Shown: piece by piece, positions 12,266-25,290 of the stretch
How the letters are laid out: each line of letters opens with the position of its first letter
Position numbering within the stretch: position 1 is the first letter of the stretch
NCBI GenBank assembly: GCA_964016885.1
Contig: OZ024741.1
Coordinates: forward strand, 389,174,001-389,238,000
Origin: Eledone cirrhosa
Taxonomy: Eukaryota
DNA length: 64,000 nt
Direction of reading: 5' to 3'
Notes under the pieces: model-generated
What the model saw: the letters and a program-made list of their open reading frames with translations, nothing else
What the model was told of the DNA's origin: nothing
Databases searched by the model: none
Position numbers and translations under genes: made by a program

Positions 12266-12381
12266 CCATGTATATATATATGTATGTGTATATATATGTA
12301 TGTGTATATATATGTATGTATATGTATATATATGTATAATATATATGTATATGTATATATATGTATGTGTATGTATATGTA

Positions 12382-12675
12382 TGTAAAGTTATGTTGGTAC
12401 CACACCATCCAGTCCGAAACAAATGAGGTCGTGTAGGTGTCACGACAAAAAAACACACAGTCCACACTGTAATGTGGCCGTGTAGGTAACACGGTAAAAA
12501 CCTCCCAGTCCACACTGTAAACGTGGTTGGTGATAGGAAGGGCATCCAGCCGTAGAAAACCCGCCAGACAGTCCTATACGAGCAAGACAACCAATCTTGC
12601 TTCAAGTGGGAAAATTCCCGTCCAAACCCATGCAAGCGTGGAAGATGGACGTTAAACGATGATGATGATGATGAT
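12382..12675 (+). mobile_element. RTE-related short element with (GAT)n tail, near-identical to 33714-34020
   Basis: Aligns by eye over ~290 bp; flanked by TA/TG microsatellite. Confidence 0.85.
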
Positions 12676-12696
12676 ATGTATATATATATATATATC

Positions 12697-14990
12697 AAAA
12701 GTGGAGAAGAGAAGGATAACAGTTTGGATATCTCTCGACTGGAAAGTTCTAAGAATCCAGGAACACACTCTGTGGGCCATATCAACTTTGCTGTTTATAT
12801 GAGTGGCCCAGCTTATGTTGTTGTCCGTTTCAGGGCATCCTTTTTTCCAAAGAGGATTGATTCAAATTTATCCTCATTCAACAGCATATTATTCTTTTCT
12901 GCCCATTGGATAACAGCCAGTAGGTCTGACTGAAGGCAAGTCCGGTCACCCACCTCATTGATGACCCTTTGGAGCTTGGAATCGTCTGCGAAGATTCTTA
13001 TGTTGCTGTGCTTGATGATGTCAGTAATGTCATTAATGTAGATGATGAAAAGAAGTGGGCCCAACACAGTGCCTTGTGGGACGCCACTGCTGACTTTGGC
13101 AGGGCTTGATTTTACTCCTTAGACTACAACATGCTGGGTTCTGCCTGTCAAGAAACATTTGATCCACTGTAGTAACCTTCCAGAGACACCAACATTGGAT
13201 AGTTTTTTCAGTAGAATCTTATGATCAACCCTGTCGAAGGCCTTGCTGAAGTCAAGGTAGATGACATCAGTGTTGGAGCCCTCTCCCAAGGCTCTGAAAA
13301 CATCGTCAAAGTGATGCAGGAGTTGCGTTAGGTAGTCCTTTCCATTATGGAACCCATGTTGGTTGGAGTTCAGCAGGCCGTTGCTTTCAAGAAAGTGGGT
13401 TATTCGTGATCTCACTACCCTCTCAAATACCTTGACAATATGAGAGGTGAGTGAGATCGGACGGTAGTTCACTGCAAAGGACTTATTTCCCTTTTTGAAG
13501 ACTGGGACAGAAAGTTTTCAGGAATATAGCCAGTGTCCAGTGAGTTCCTCCACAGATTAGCAAGAGGAGATGGAAGTTGGTGTCGACACACCTTCAGGAC
13601 ACAAGCAGGGAACCTGTCGGGGCCTACTGCTGAATTGTGTTTAATTTCGTTTATTGCCGCTAAGACATCAGGGGCGCCAAACGTTATGTCTGATATAGTG
13701 TGTTGGGAATTAACATCACTGATACGGCCCAGATCGGCCATATCAGGATTGCTGAAAATAGAGCAGTATTGTTTCTGCAGTATCTTGCCCATGGTTTTGG
13801 CATTGTCCTGGAGTGTGCCATTTTCATCAACTAGGGGGCCAACAGTGGAGACGGTGACCTTGTATATTTTAGCAAATGAAAAGAACACTTTGGGGTTGAG
13901 TTTGATTTTCTCAATGGCCCACCTCTCTTCAGCTATTCTCTGGTTATTGATGATGGTCATCATGCATTGCTGGAGGTTATATTTGTTTGACTCAAGCAGG
14001 GTGATAGACATTGAATGTGTGTGTTGCTGTTGGCAGTATTTTAGTGTGTTAATTTTTTTGTTTGTTCTTTTTATTTTTCTGATAATTGTTTTTCTGTTTT
14101 GGGGGATACTGCACTTGGTTTTGTTCACAGGTTTTGTATTTTGTACATATATTTGTGACAGTGTCTACAAAGATCTGCCAAGATGTTTTGATGTTGGTGG
14201 AAGTGTGTGCGTGTGTAAAAGACCAGTCGACATGTAATAGTTTGTTCATAATTGCATCCCAGTTGGCATTGTAGAGATCCATGTTATCAAATGGGTGGGC
14301 TGGAGAGAGGACCCTGGGATTGGCTTTCGGCTGGTGGAATCTCAGGTTACAAAGAACCATGTCATGGTCTGAGAGAAGGGTTTTTTTCACTGTCATAGTA
14401 TGTATAGTGTTAGTGTGGTTACTAAACACTAGATCCAGAATGTTCTTCTGATGCCTCGTTCGTGCAAGGACAAGTTGGGACAAGAAAAACTCATTCATGA
14501 AGTCAAGAAGTGACTCGACAGCCTCTTTGTCAGTGGTTGAGGCTGTGGAGCCTGGTTTCAAACTACATGTAGACCAATGGACACAGGGTAGATTAAAGTC
14601 TCCCATCAAAAGTATGTTGCTAGAATGGCACTGTTTAATAAAGTATTTAATACTGTTGAGGCATTCTTTGAAGCAGATTATGGGGGTCTGTGGTGGCATA
14701 TAGAGCCCAACTAATGTCAGGTCATTGGTTTTATTGTGCACAGTGACTGATTCACAGTATCCATTAGAGAATGTTGTGTTGCCATCTGCCGTAAAGGAAT
14801 CATGCAGGAAAATGGCAGTTCCACCCTTCCTTCTGCCAACACAATCCGCACGGATGGTTGTGAAATTTCTCACTCTTACTTCGGCCTCCAAGTGGGAGTT
14901 GTCAAGGTGGGTCTCAGTAAGAATGAAGAAGGGGATGTGAAATGGATGGTTACCAACCCAATCCTCAATGAATTGGATCTTCCATTTCTG
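12697..14990 (-). mobile_element. CR1/L2/Jockey-group LINE ORF2, inverted 5' segment (APE endonuclease plus RT), frameshifted
   Basis: ILTETHL, LLMGDFNLP, NILDLVFSN, LSDH (APE); NYRPISLTS, YLDFSKAFDRVDH, GVPQGTVLGPLLF, IFADDSKL (RT); ends at ...ILRTFQSRDIQTVILLFSTF. Confidence 0.9.
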
Positions 14991-15564
14991 TTGTCCACTG
15001 TGGTCACCCCACACGAAACAAAGTATCATGAAAGTTGAAGCACCCCAAAGGTCAATTACAAAAAAGATAGATGGCATGACAGGCCTTGACTATTGGAGTC
15101 GATTAGAAAAGCTCAAACTTTATTCTCTCCAACATCGCCGTGAGCGCTACATTATCTGTATGATGTGGAAAATATTCCATCAGCTTTGCCCAAATGATGT
15201 TGGCATCACCTTTAGTGTACACCCAAGATTTGGGCCCCGTGCTATCCGCCCACAACAAAAATATCACTCGCATCACATAACAACAATATGGCACAATTAT
15301 TTCACCTCAATTGGCCCTGTACTCTTTAACATTACACCAAGACACATCAAAGCAGAGACAGACCCCATCAAGTTCAAGAAGTCTTTGGATAAATTCCTTC
15401 AAGAAATCCCGGATAAGCCTCCTACACCCGAATATGCCTCCGTAAACAATAACTCTCTCCTCGAGTGGGCCATGGTGCCCAAACACTGATTTGTAAGACT
15501 TCACCAGGTGGTGCTATTAAGTTAGACATGGCCTGGGCCAATACTGGCCGAAACCTATCAAAGT
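14985..15564 (+). mobile_element. Same LINE, 3' segment in the opposite orientation (post-RT domain plus 3' UTR)
   Basis: FCCPLWSPH..QRSITKKI.GM..LDYWSRLEKLKLYSLQHRRERY..FKKSLDKFLQEIPDKP; runs into (TA)n. Confidence 0.9.
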
Positions 15565-15991
<427 letters not shown>

Positions 15992-16598
15992 ATTCCCACT
16001 ACAACACCGCTACCACAACATAATTAACAAAAATACCATCAAACTCTCTTACAGCACTACACCAAACTTCGCACAAAACATCGTCTCCTCCAACAACAAA
16101 AAACTCAACCCCGATGGAAGAAATAACCTAAATAGCAGTGGAGAGCCGACCAGGAGATGCAACTGTCCTGATAGATCCATTTGCCCCCTCGACAACAGAT
16201 GCAGAGACCGTAATGTGATCTACCAGTGCAACGTGAGGACAGATACCTCCAACAAAGCTTATATAGGATTAACCGCATGTGACTTCAAGACCCGGCTATA
16301 CCAACACAGACATACCTTCCGAAACCCGGCCCGGCGTCACGCCACTACACTTTCGGGCCACATATGGGACCTCAAGGACAACAACATCACCTATGATCTC
16401 ATTTGGAGATTACTGTCCAGAGCCAACTCTTACACGGGAGGACGCCGTCCGTGCAATTTATGCTCGGAGGAAACTTTACAAATGCTGTTTTCGACGGACC
16501 AACTCCTAAACAAGAAAGATGAACTGGTTACTGCATGTAAACACAGATTGCGTAGGACTTACCTCACCCTCAAACCCCATAATGACCCGGGGGGGTAG
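15992..16598 (+). CDS. Penelope-like GIY-YIG endonuclease domain, uninterrupted C-terminal ~200 aa, 5'-truncated
   Basis: [71 protein letters not shown]. Confidence 0.85.
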
Positions 16599-17774
16599 AC
16601 TAGGGCTATAAAACCCCACTTGCCGATTTTGTAATGGGTAACTCCTGCTTGCCAAGGGAGACGTAAGATCTTCTTTTATATTCTTTTATCGCTTCCTCTA
16701 TATTTCCTTCTTCCCCCCATCCCTCCCTAGTCCTTCTACCCCAGTTCTTTTTCTTTGTCGGCGTCTTTTTCTCGCCCACCCGAGGCAGCCCTTCGGCCCC
16801 TTGTAGCCTCAGTACCCCCACCCCCTCCCCATTCTATGATAGATTTGGAGGTCTCCGCTTTTTATAGCAGTTGTGTTAGACCTCGGATTCTTTCCCCCTT
16901 ATCCGACCGCTGCCCTTTTTCCGTGCCTTCTATATTTCTTAGTGGCATCCTTGCTTTAATTTCTCGTTTATTCAGTATTTCTTTCTTATCTTTTCTTTTG
17001 GGCGGGGGGGGGGGGGGGGGGTCTGAATTAATTTTCCGTATTTTACTTTTACCTCGTACGAACTTTCATGTAGCTTGTATAAGAACTTTTGTAGCGTGGC
17101 GGTACCCTTAGAGTTAGCATTAGTATATTTTTTCGGGACTCTGAATTATTATTTCGTACTAGTTTATTTTTCTGCACTGGGTGGTTGCTGGCCTTGTGCC
17201 TGGGGTAGAAACCTTTATTAATTATTTCGTGGTAGTTTCTTTAGTATTTTGGCCCCCCTTGTTGACCCGTCACCGTATGATATACGTACTTATACCTCTT
17301 AAAAGGGTCCATTCTTACTCCGTCCCACCTAGTTTATTTATTTATTATTTTTATTTATTTATTTTTTTTTATTTTTTTTTTTTTTTTTTTAAATTTATTT
17401 ATTCATTATTTATTTATTTATTTATTTAGCCAAGCAATAGCGAGAGACTTAGGTCGTAGAAATTGCTTTTTTTTTTTTCTTTACATTTATTCGCTTTTTA
17501 TCACTCTCAGTATTTATTTTTTAATATATTTTTACCCTTCATTGTTCTACTTACCGTTTCGACTTCCTCCCCCTCCCCCTCCCTAGTATTTTCTTTGACC
17601 TCACGCCCAGCTGTAGCCGGCACTACCAACGCATGAATGGGTCTACCCCACCCCCTCCCCTTTTTCTCCTACTGGCAGGTTTAGCTATCCCTTCCCCCAC
17701 TAATTTGCCATCACAGAATTACTACTAACTTGTGACCAATCCTTGTGACAATCACTTTGACCATATATGGAATT

Positions 17775-17868
17775 ACCCCTTGAGAAGCTCGGCTATTTAA
17801 ATACCAGGATAAATTTTCATTTAGTCCAGAATTAGCCGTCGAAATGGCTTGAGCTCAGCCATCGGGGT
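17775..17868 (+). ncRNA. Type I hammerhead ribozyme motif with U3-A8 core variant
   Basis: acccc-TTGAGAA-g..cggcta...tagccg.c-GAAA-tggct-tgagctc-agcca-TC-ggggt; stems I and III pair fully. Confidence 0.7.
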
Positions 17869-18106
17869 CTTACTGGTTCATATATATATATATATATATA
17901 GTATTAAGGATACTATTTATGGTTATGTATATAATAAAACCTTTTATGGTTATATATTTTTTATACAAACCCCAAATGGTGAAAGATAGTCATTTATTAC
18001 TATCTTATTACCAGTAAGATAAATAGCTCAATGTAATAACATCAGTTGTTTTACAGAGCAGTTATATAGAGATTACAATAATCAAAGTTCAGTTTAAATC
18101 ATTTAT

Positions 18107-18155
18107 TTGCTTACAATTGTTTCCTCCAAACCGAGGTTTGGATTCTTCGGAGCAA
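18107..18155 (-). ncRNA. Minimal type I hammerhead motif, C4 variant
   Basis: ttgct-CCGAAGA-atccaaac-ctcg-gtttggag-GAAA-caattg-TA-agcaa. Confidence 0.6.
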
Positions 18156-19210
18156 CTATTTAGTGATCTATAACATACTTGACCTCCTTTTCAACACAAG
18201 AGACATATAAAAACATATGCATATATTGACCCACAGTGGGATGACATCCATCAAAATGATATAGCATGGCAATTTACATATAAAGGTTAAAGGATAAAAA
18301 TAAAAATAAAAATGTAACATTGGCAGTTTATGAAGATAAAGCGAGAGGAAAGTTTAGAGTAGTCAGTGTATGAAACAATCCCCCGTGCAGCATGCACGCG
18401 TGTCTTATTTATACAGGATTAGAGTGCGACAGATTGTTAGTTGCAGGATCAGGCAGTTGAAGCAGGCAATCGATAGTATTATGTGGGCTGAATTGTTAAA
18501 TCATTTTTTCGCATACACCTGTATGGTATACAATCCCATAATATCATCACACAAAACTAAACAACATGATCTATTGATTAAGAATCGTCAAGATATGGTT
18601 TTTAACTTGGTTATATGCTGAACCATCATGGATTATATGATAGACCCGTGGTCTATATATTGCGTCTCATGGATTATGTGAGTGGTGGTGTGAGCGTAGA
18701 CAGTGGTACTGTTTTGCCTACACTATAATATGTTTTATAATATGTTTGATATTTTTGATATTTTGGTGTTTCTCTGCATTCGGGATTGTATACCATACAG
18801 GTGTATGCCAAAAAATGATTTAACAATTCAGCCCACATAATACTATCGATTGCCTGCTTCAACTGCCTGATCCTGCAACTAACAATCTGCCGCACTCTAA
18901 TCCTGTATAAATAAGACACGTGTGCATGCTGCACGGGGGATTGTTTCATACACTGACTACTCTAAACTTTCCTCTCGCTTTATCTTCATAAACTGCCAAT
19001 GTTTCATTTTTATTTTTATTTTTATTTTTATTTTTATTTTTATTTTTATTTTTATTTTTATTTTTATTTTTATTTTTATCCTTTATATGTAAATTGCCAT
19101 GCTATATCATTTTGATGGATGTCATCCCACTGTGGGTCAATATATGCATATGTTTTTATATGTCTCTTGTGTTGAAAAGGAGGTCAAGTATGTTATAGAT
19201 CACTAAATAG

Positions 19211-19259
19211 TTGCTCCGAAGAATCCAAACCTCGGTTTGGAAGAAACAATTGTAAGCAA
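19211..19259 (+). ncRNA. Minimal type I hammerhead motif, C4 variant
   Basis: ttgct-CCGAAGA-atccaaac-ctcg-gtttggaa-GAAA-caattg-TA-agcaa. Confidence 0.6.
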
Positions 19260-19311
19260 ATAAATGATTTAAACTGAACTTTGATTATTGTAATCTCTCT
19301 CTCTATATATA

Positions 19312-19921
<610 letters not shown>

Positions 19922-19923
19922 TA

Positions 19924-19967
<44 letters not shown>

Positions 19968-20089
19968 GTGTGTGTGTGTGTCGTGTCAATAAGTTTGTTT
20001 TTTTGTTTTGTTTTTAATGACCATGCTGTAAAATGGAGGGGTAGAGAGGGCCCTTGAGTCTAGTAAGACATCCTCTCTAGTGCTGGTGG

Positions 20090-23000
20090 TACAAATAAAA
20101 GCACCCAGTCCATGCTGTAAAGTGGCGTTGGTGTTAGGAAGGGCATCCAACCAGTGTATCAATGCTAAAACGCTTATCAGCACAGCAACAAATAGGAACA
20201 ACCACAAAATATGAAGACGTCGCATCTCAGAGTTGCAACACTTAATGTTGGCACTCTCAGAGGTAGATCTGCTGAAATAGCAGAGATGCTGGAGAGAAGG
20301 CAGGTGGATGTGTGCTGCGTGCAAGAGGTGAGATGGAGAGGTGCCTCTGCGAGACTAGTCGTAGGCAAACGTCTTAGCTATAAGCTATTCTGGCTAGGTA
20401 AGGATGATGGGTTAGGGGGAGTAGGCATTTTCCTGGCTGAGAAATGGATGAATAAGACAATAGAGGTAGTTCGAGTTAGTAATCGAATAATTAAGCTTAG
20501 ATTAGTTGTAGGCAGGAGACTACTGACAATCATCTCGGCCTATGCTCCCCAAGCAGGCCTAGGCAAAGATGAGAAAGACTGCTTTTACGAGCAACTTTTA
20601 CAAACAACCGCAATGACAGGACAGAGACATCGTTATGCTAGCAGGAGACTTCAATGGTCATGTTGGACAGCTCCAGGATGGTTACACTGGGGTACATGGT
20701 GGGCACGGTTACGGCTCAAGAAATGAAGAAGGAGTGAGACTTCTTGAGTTTTGTGATGCAGGTACATTGACTATTTGCAACACAAACTTCCAGAACCCTG
20801 CCAATCACCTAATAACCTACAAATCTGGTGAGCACATAAGCCAGATTGACTTCTTACTAGTTAGGCAGCGGGACAGGCAGATAGTGTCTAATACCAAGGC
20901 ATACCCTGGGGAAGAATGTACCCCACAGCATAGGTTAGTCGTTAGTGATATCTCAGTAAGCAAGAGATGGAATGAGACATACAGGAAGGTGTGGAGAAGA
21001 AAGGTCTGGAAGCTAAAAGACCTTTCACTAAAATACAAATTTAGGAAAGCCCTTTAAGATGTATATGACGAAAAAGAAGACGATTTAGAGACGTATGACA
21101 TAGATACTAACTGGAATTTCTTACGTGACAACTTGCTGCAGGCTACTGATGAAACTTGTGGCTGGAGCAGAGCTCCAACCAGACAGAGAGTGACCTGGTG
21201 ATGGAACAACACAGTAGATAAGGCCATTAGAGACAAAAGACTAGCATGGAAGGCTTGGAAAAAGGGTGGGAGTAGGGAAGAATATACAGCCACTAAGAGA
21301 GAAGCTAGACGTCAGGTGTACTTAGCACGCAGGGAGGCGGAGAGTAGAAGGTTTGCCAATGTTCTGCGACGGGAAGATCAGAGGCGTGCGGTGTTCCACA
21401 TTGCAAGGCAGTGTGTCAATGCAAATCAGAATGTTGTTGGAGATAAATGTGTCCAGGATGATGCCGGTGTACTTAGTGTCACGAATGATCAGAAAAAGGA
21501 GGCCTGGAAATGTCATTATGAGAGACTAATGAATGTGGAGAACGAATTGGAGAGAGAGAAATTACCCTTAGTTGATCCGACAGAGGGACCAGCTATTGAG
21601 ATTGACGAATATAGGGTCCAAGAGGCGATTAAGGAAATGAAAAATGGTAAGGCTGCTGGACCATCGGGAATAGTTACTGAGATGCTGAAGGCATCAGGGG
21701 ACGTAGGCACTAAACTGGTTGCACGCATCATCAATCAGGCTATATATGGTGGTGTCATACCCAAAGACTGGTGCAGCAGTATTCTCATAAATTGCTACAA
21801 AGGTAAAGGGGATGCTCTGGAGAGGAGCAATTATAGGGGTATAAAACTGATGGATCAGGTTATGAAAGTGGCAGAAAGGATATTAGCACAACTAATTAGA
21901 GAAAGGGTCAAACTAGATGAGATGCAGTTTGGTTTTGTGCCTGGGAAGAGTACAACAGATACCCTCTTCTTGGTGAGACAATTGCAAGAGAGGTTCTTAG
22001 AGAAAAATAAGCCACTATACTTAGGCTTTGTTGACCTAGAGAAGGCCTTTGATAGGGTACACCAATATGTCATCTGGTGGTCCCTAAGGAAGCTAGGTGT
22101 TGAGGAATGGCTTGTGAGGACAGTGCAAACTTTGTACAGAGGTACTCTCAGTAAAGTTAGGGTAGGAATGGAGTTTAGTGAGGAATTCCAGATACAAGTA
22201 GGAGTACATCAAGGTTCGGTCCTCAGCCCGCTCTTGTTCATTATAGTCCTCCAAGCCATAACAGAGGAGTTTAAGACTGGCTGTCCATGGGAACTTCTCT
22301 ATGCTGACGATCTGGTTCTTATAGCAGAATCAGTAGAGGAGCTAGAGAATAAATTCTGGCTATGGAAACAGCAGTTGGAAGCAAGAGGACTGAGAGTGAA
22401 CCTAGCTTAGACAAAAGTGTTGATGAGTAGAAAAGAGGACAAAACTCTGATTCCATCAGGGAAATGGCCATATGCAGAAAAGGAACTGGCATAAATTCTA
22501 TAAAATGCACACAATGCAGATCCAGGGTACACAAGAGATGTAGCGGGATAGCAGGCAAACTAACAGGTAGGGAGAAATATGTATGCAGTAGATGTACAAG
22601 GAAATTAGACAGTAGAAGTCGCATTGATAGACACATTTTTCAAATACAGGAGGGTGCTATAGAAGTGGTGGATAGCTTCCGGTACCTAGGAGATCAGATT
22701 AGCATGGGAGGAGGGTGTTCCGAGGCCATAGTATCTAGAATAAGGACGGGTTGTAAGAAGTTTAGGGAGCTGCTTCCTCTGTTGACGAAGAAGGGTTTCT
22801 CCCTGCGTACGAAAGGCCGATTGTATGATGCTTGTGTGAGGAGCGCGATGTTGCATGGTAGTGAGACATGGGCAGCAACTGCAGAGGATATGCGACGGCT
22901 GGAGAGAAATGAGGCAAGCATGCTCCGTTGGATGTGCAGTGTAAATGTGCGTGAACAACCCAGCATAAATGTGTTGAGAGAGAAACTGTGTCTGAGAGGG

Positions 23001-23296
23001 ATAGAATGTAGTGTACGGGAGAGGAGACTGAGGTGGTATGGACATGTGATGCGCATGGAGGATGACCGATGGGTGAAGAAGTGCCAGGAAATGCCAGTTG
23101 AAGGAAAACGTGGTAGAGGTAGACCACGAAAAAATATGGGCGGAGGTGGTGAGAACAGACCTCAGATCATTGAAGCTCACGGTGGAGATGACGAAGGACC
23201 GTGACGAGTGGAGAGATGCTGTGCTGAATAAGACCCGTCCCACCCTTGCAAGCAGGGAAAAGCGGACGTAAAATGATGATGATGATGATGATGATG

Positions 23297-23297
<1 letters not shown>
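20090..23297 (+). mobile_element. Near full-length RTE LINE (APE - RT - PHD-like finger - C-terminal domain), disabled
   Basis: VATLNVGTL, CCVQEVRW, AGDFNGHVG, SQIDFLL, NYRGIKLM, FVDLEKAFDRV, GVHQGSVLSPLLF, LLYADDL, GRPRK; several stops and frameshifts; (GAT)n tail. Confidence 0.95.
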
Positions 23298-23332
<35 letters not shown>

Positions 23333-23384
23333 ATTTATATATATATATATGTGTGTGTGTGTATGTATATATATATATATCATC

Positions 23385-23510
23385 ACCATCATCATCATCA
23401 TCTTCGTTTAACGTCCATTTTCCACACTAGCATGGGTTAGACGGAAGTTGTCTACCCCATATAGAACTATCTGGCAGGTTTTCTACGGCTGGATGCCCTT
23501 CCTAACACCA
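23385..23510 (-). mobile_element. RTE-related short element, tail-to-tail with the LINE across a (TA)n/(TG)n tract
   Basis: (CAT)n then 'tttaacgtccattttccacactagcatgggtt...tggatgcccttcctaacacc'. Confidence 0.75.
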
Positions 23511-23522
23511 TATATATATATA

Positions 23523-23581
<59 letters not shown>

Positions 23582-24062
23582 ACACACGCATGCATTCTCT
23601 GTGTGCATGTTGTGTTTCTCTGTGATAAAGAAAAACCATAATAATAGTCATTGGAATGTTCCCTCAGTTAAAACAAATCCAGTCTATATTTTTATTGTCA
23701 CATTCTCACATTTGAATAAAACAAATGATATGTATAGAAATACTTGTTTCTACTTTTGGCACAAGGCCACCAATTATTCCAGTGTATTAGATATGTATAG
23801 AAATAATGAAGTGTAGAAGTACTTTTGTTCTTAAGTAGAATCCACATACAAAACCACAATTGTTCATCTAATCTAATATTTTCCACATAGATTTTAGTTA
23901 ATTTTATTGCATTCCCTTTCATTGTAGTTTACTGTTTCCTCTCACGATTCCTGTTTCTGGTATTTCAATTCTCATTGCCCTTATTTATTTATTCATTTAT
24001 TTATTCGTTTGTTCATTTGTTTGTTTATTTATTTATATTGACTGTGTGTGTCCAGTTTAGAC

Positions 24063-24230
24063 AAGGCAGAGAATTGGAGAATTGGCAGAGTTGTTAGAAT
24101 GTCAGCTAGAATGGTTTGTTGTATTCGTTTTGGCACACTTTTCTCTGAGGTTAAATCCTGTCAAGGTCAACTTTGTCTTTCATCTATTCCAAATCGATAA
24201 AAAAAGTACCAGTGTAGTACTGGGGTCAAT
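24063..24230 (+). mobile_element. tRNA-type SINE, degraded
   Basis: Matches 51313-51450 (tggcaga..gtcaactttg.ctttcatc..tcgataaa..aagtaccagt). Confidence 0.65.
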
Positions 24231-24524
24231 TCTTCCTCTAATATCTATTTCTCACTTCCATTTTCTCACCCACTATCCTTCTTGGGAAAAAAATCTGTTG
24301 TATTCAAACCTGGAGAAAAGAAAGGCTCAACCGGGTTTGAAAATGACATATGGCAATATGGCACCCCTACAACTCTCTCAAGAATTATGGGCCCATGCAT
24401 GCATATTGAGTTTGTGTATGTGGTTTAGAATAGGCCCACTGTATCCCTACATATAGTATGAAATGACTAAAAAGATTGGTGCCATGAGGTATATGAAGTT
24501 TTTCATGAATCTTCCAAGTCTAAC

Positions 24525-24650
24525 CTCTGCTTTTGCAGGAGGAAATGATCTTAAAATGTTAGATGCTGTATTTATACCAGGTATTCTGTAAACAGTAGCA
24601 TTGCTGGTTGTCAATTTTTTCCATGGGTTAACCATCAGTTCCCTGTATTT
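24525..24650 (-). CDS. Candidate internal exon (KYRELMVNPWKKLTTSNATVYRIPGINTASNILRSFPPAKAE)
   Basis: Polypyrimidine tract plus CAG acceptor, 126-nt open frame, GAG|GTTAGA donor; unique sequence; no recognised homology. Confidence 0.35.
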
Positions 24651-24839
24651 CTGTTGACAGGGAGAGTAATAAAGAAGTGCATACAGAACTCAAAGGTGGG
24701 AGATAAATACCATAAGGTATTTCTTATGTTTGTTGTCATTATTATTGTCATCATTTAACCCAAGGTCATCCATGACTAAGCAGGCTTATTATCAAAGGCT
24801 TTCATGTCACAACCATCCATCTCACTTATATGTCCATAT

Positions 24840-25000
24840 GGCCCTTTACGTTCTGAGTTCCAATCTTGCCAATTTTAACTTTACCTTTCATCCTTATGGG
24901 GTCAATAAAATAAAGTACCAGAAACACACTGGGGTTGATTTAATCGACTTTTCCTTCCTAAAAAATTGTTGACCTTGTGCTTAAATCAGAAAACAATTAT
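24840..25000 (+). mobile_element. tRNA-type SINE, 5'-truncated
   Basis: Matches 51358-51490 and 1-90. Confidence 0.7.
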
Positions 25001-25290
25001 TTAAAGTGGTGTGATTCAAGAGAGGTTGAACAATCCCTCAGAAGCACCTTTTCTGAGTTATTCATCTCTCCCATTATACGTTTGTTTTGCATATTTGAGT
25101 AGCAATTTGTTTTGCAACTACACAGCTTTGGATTCAGTCACACTGTACAGCACCTGGGGCAAGTGTCTTCTACCAAAGCCTTGCTTTGACCAAAACGTGT
25201 GTGGAATTTTATTTGGATGACAGAAATTACTTGGATGTCTGTCGGAGGAACCATTTGTGTTTTGGGTGATAGACTTAACAATAAACTTAC

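Larger units (their letters stand above)
15992..17880 (+). mobile_element. 5'-truncated Penelope-like element: GIY-YIG domain, ~1.2 kb 3' region and terminal hammerhead
   Basis: ORF homologous to 8860-9440; pyrimidine-rich 3' region; hammerhead at 17775-17868; (TA)n on both sides. Confidence 0.8.
18068..19298. repeat. Long inverted repeat (arms 18068-18537 and 18782-19298, ~245-bp spacer), Penelope pseudo-LTR-like
   Basis: Arms nearly identical in reverse complement apart from a (TTTTTA)n expansion; the ORF track shows the same peptide on both strands. Confidence 0.95.

Noticed and set aside
13533-14237. 234-aa plus-strand ORF, and other antisense ORFs over LINEs such as 22686-23243 and 39808-40329
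   Set aside because: Antisense shadows of retrotransposon coding sequence.
18370-18949. Duplicated gene (same peptide on both strands)
   Set aside because: A consequence of the inverted repeat; no coding features.
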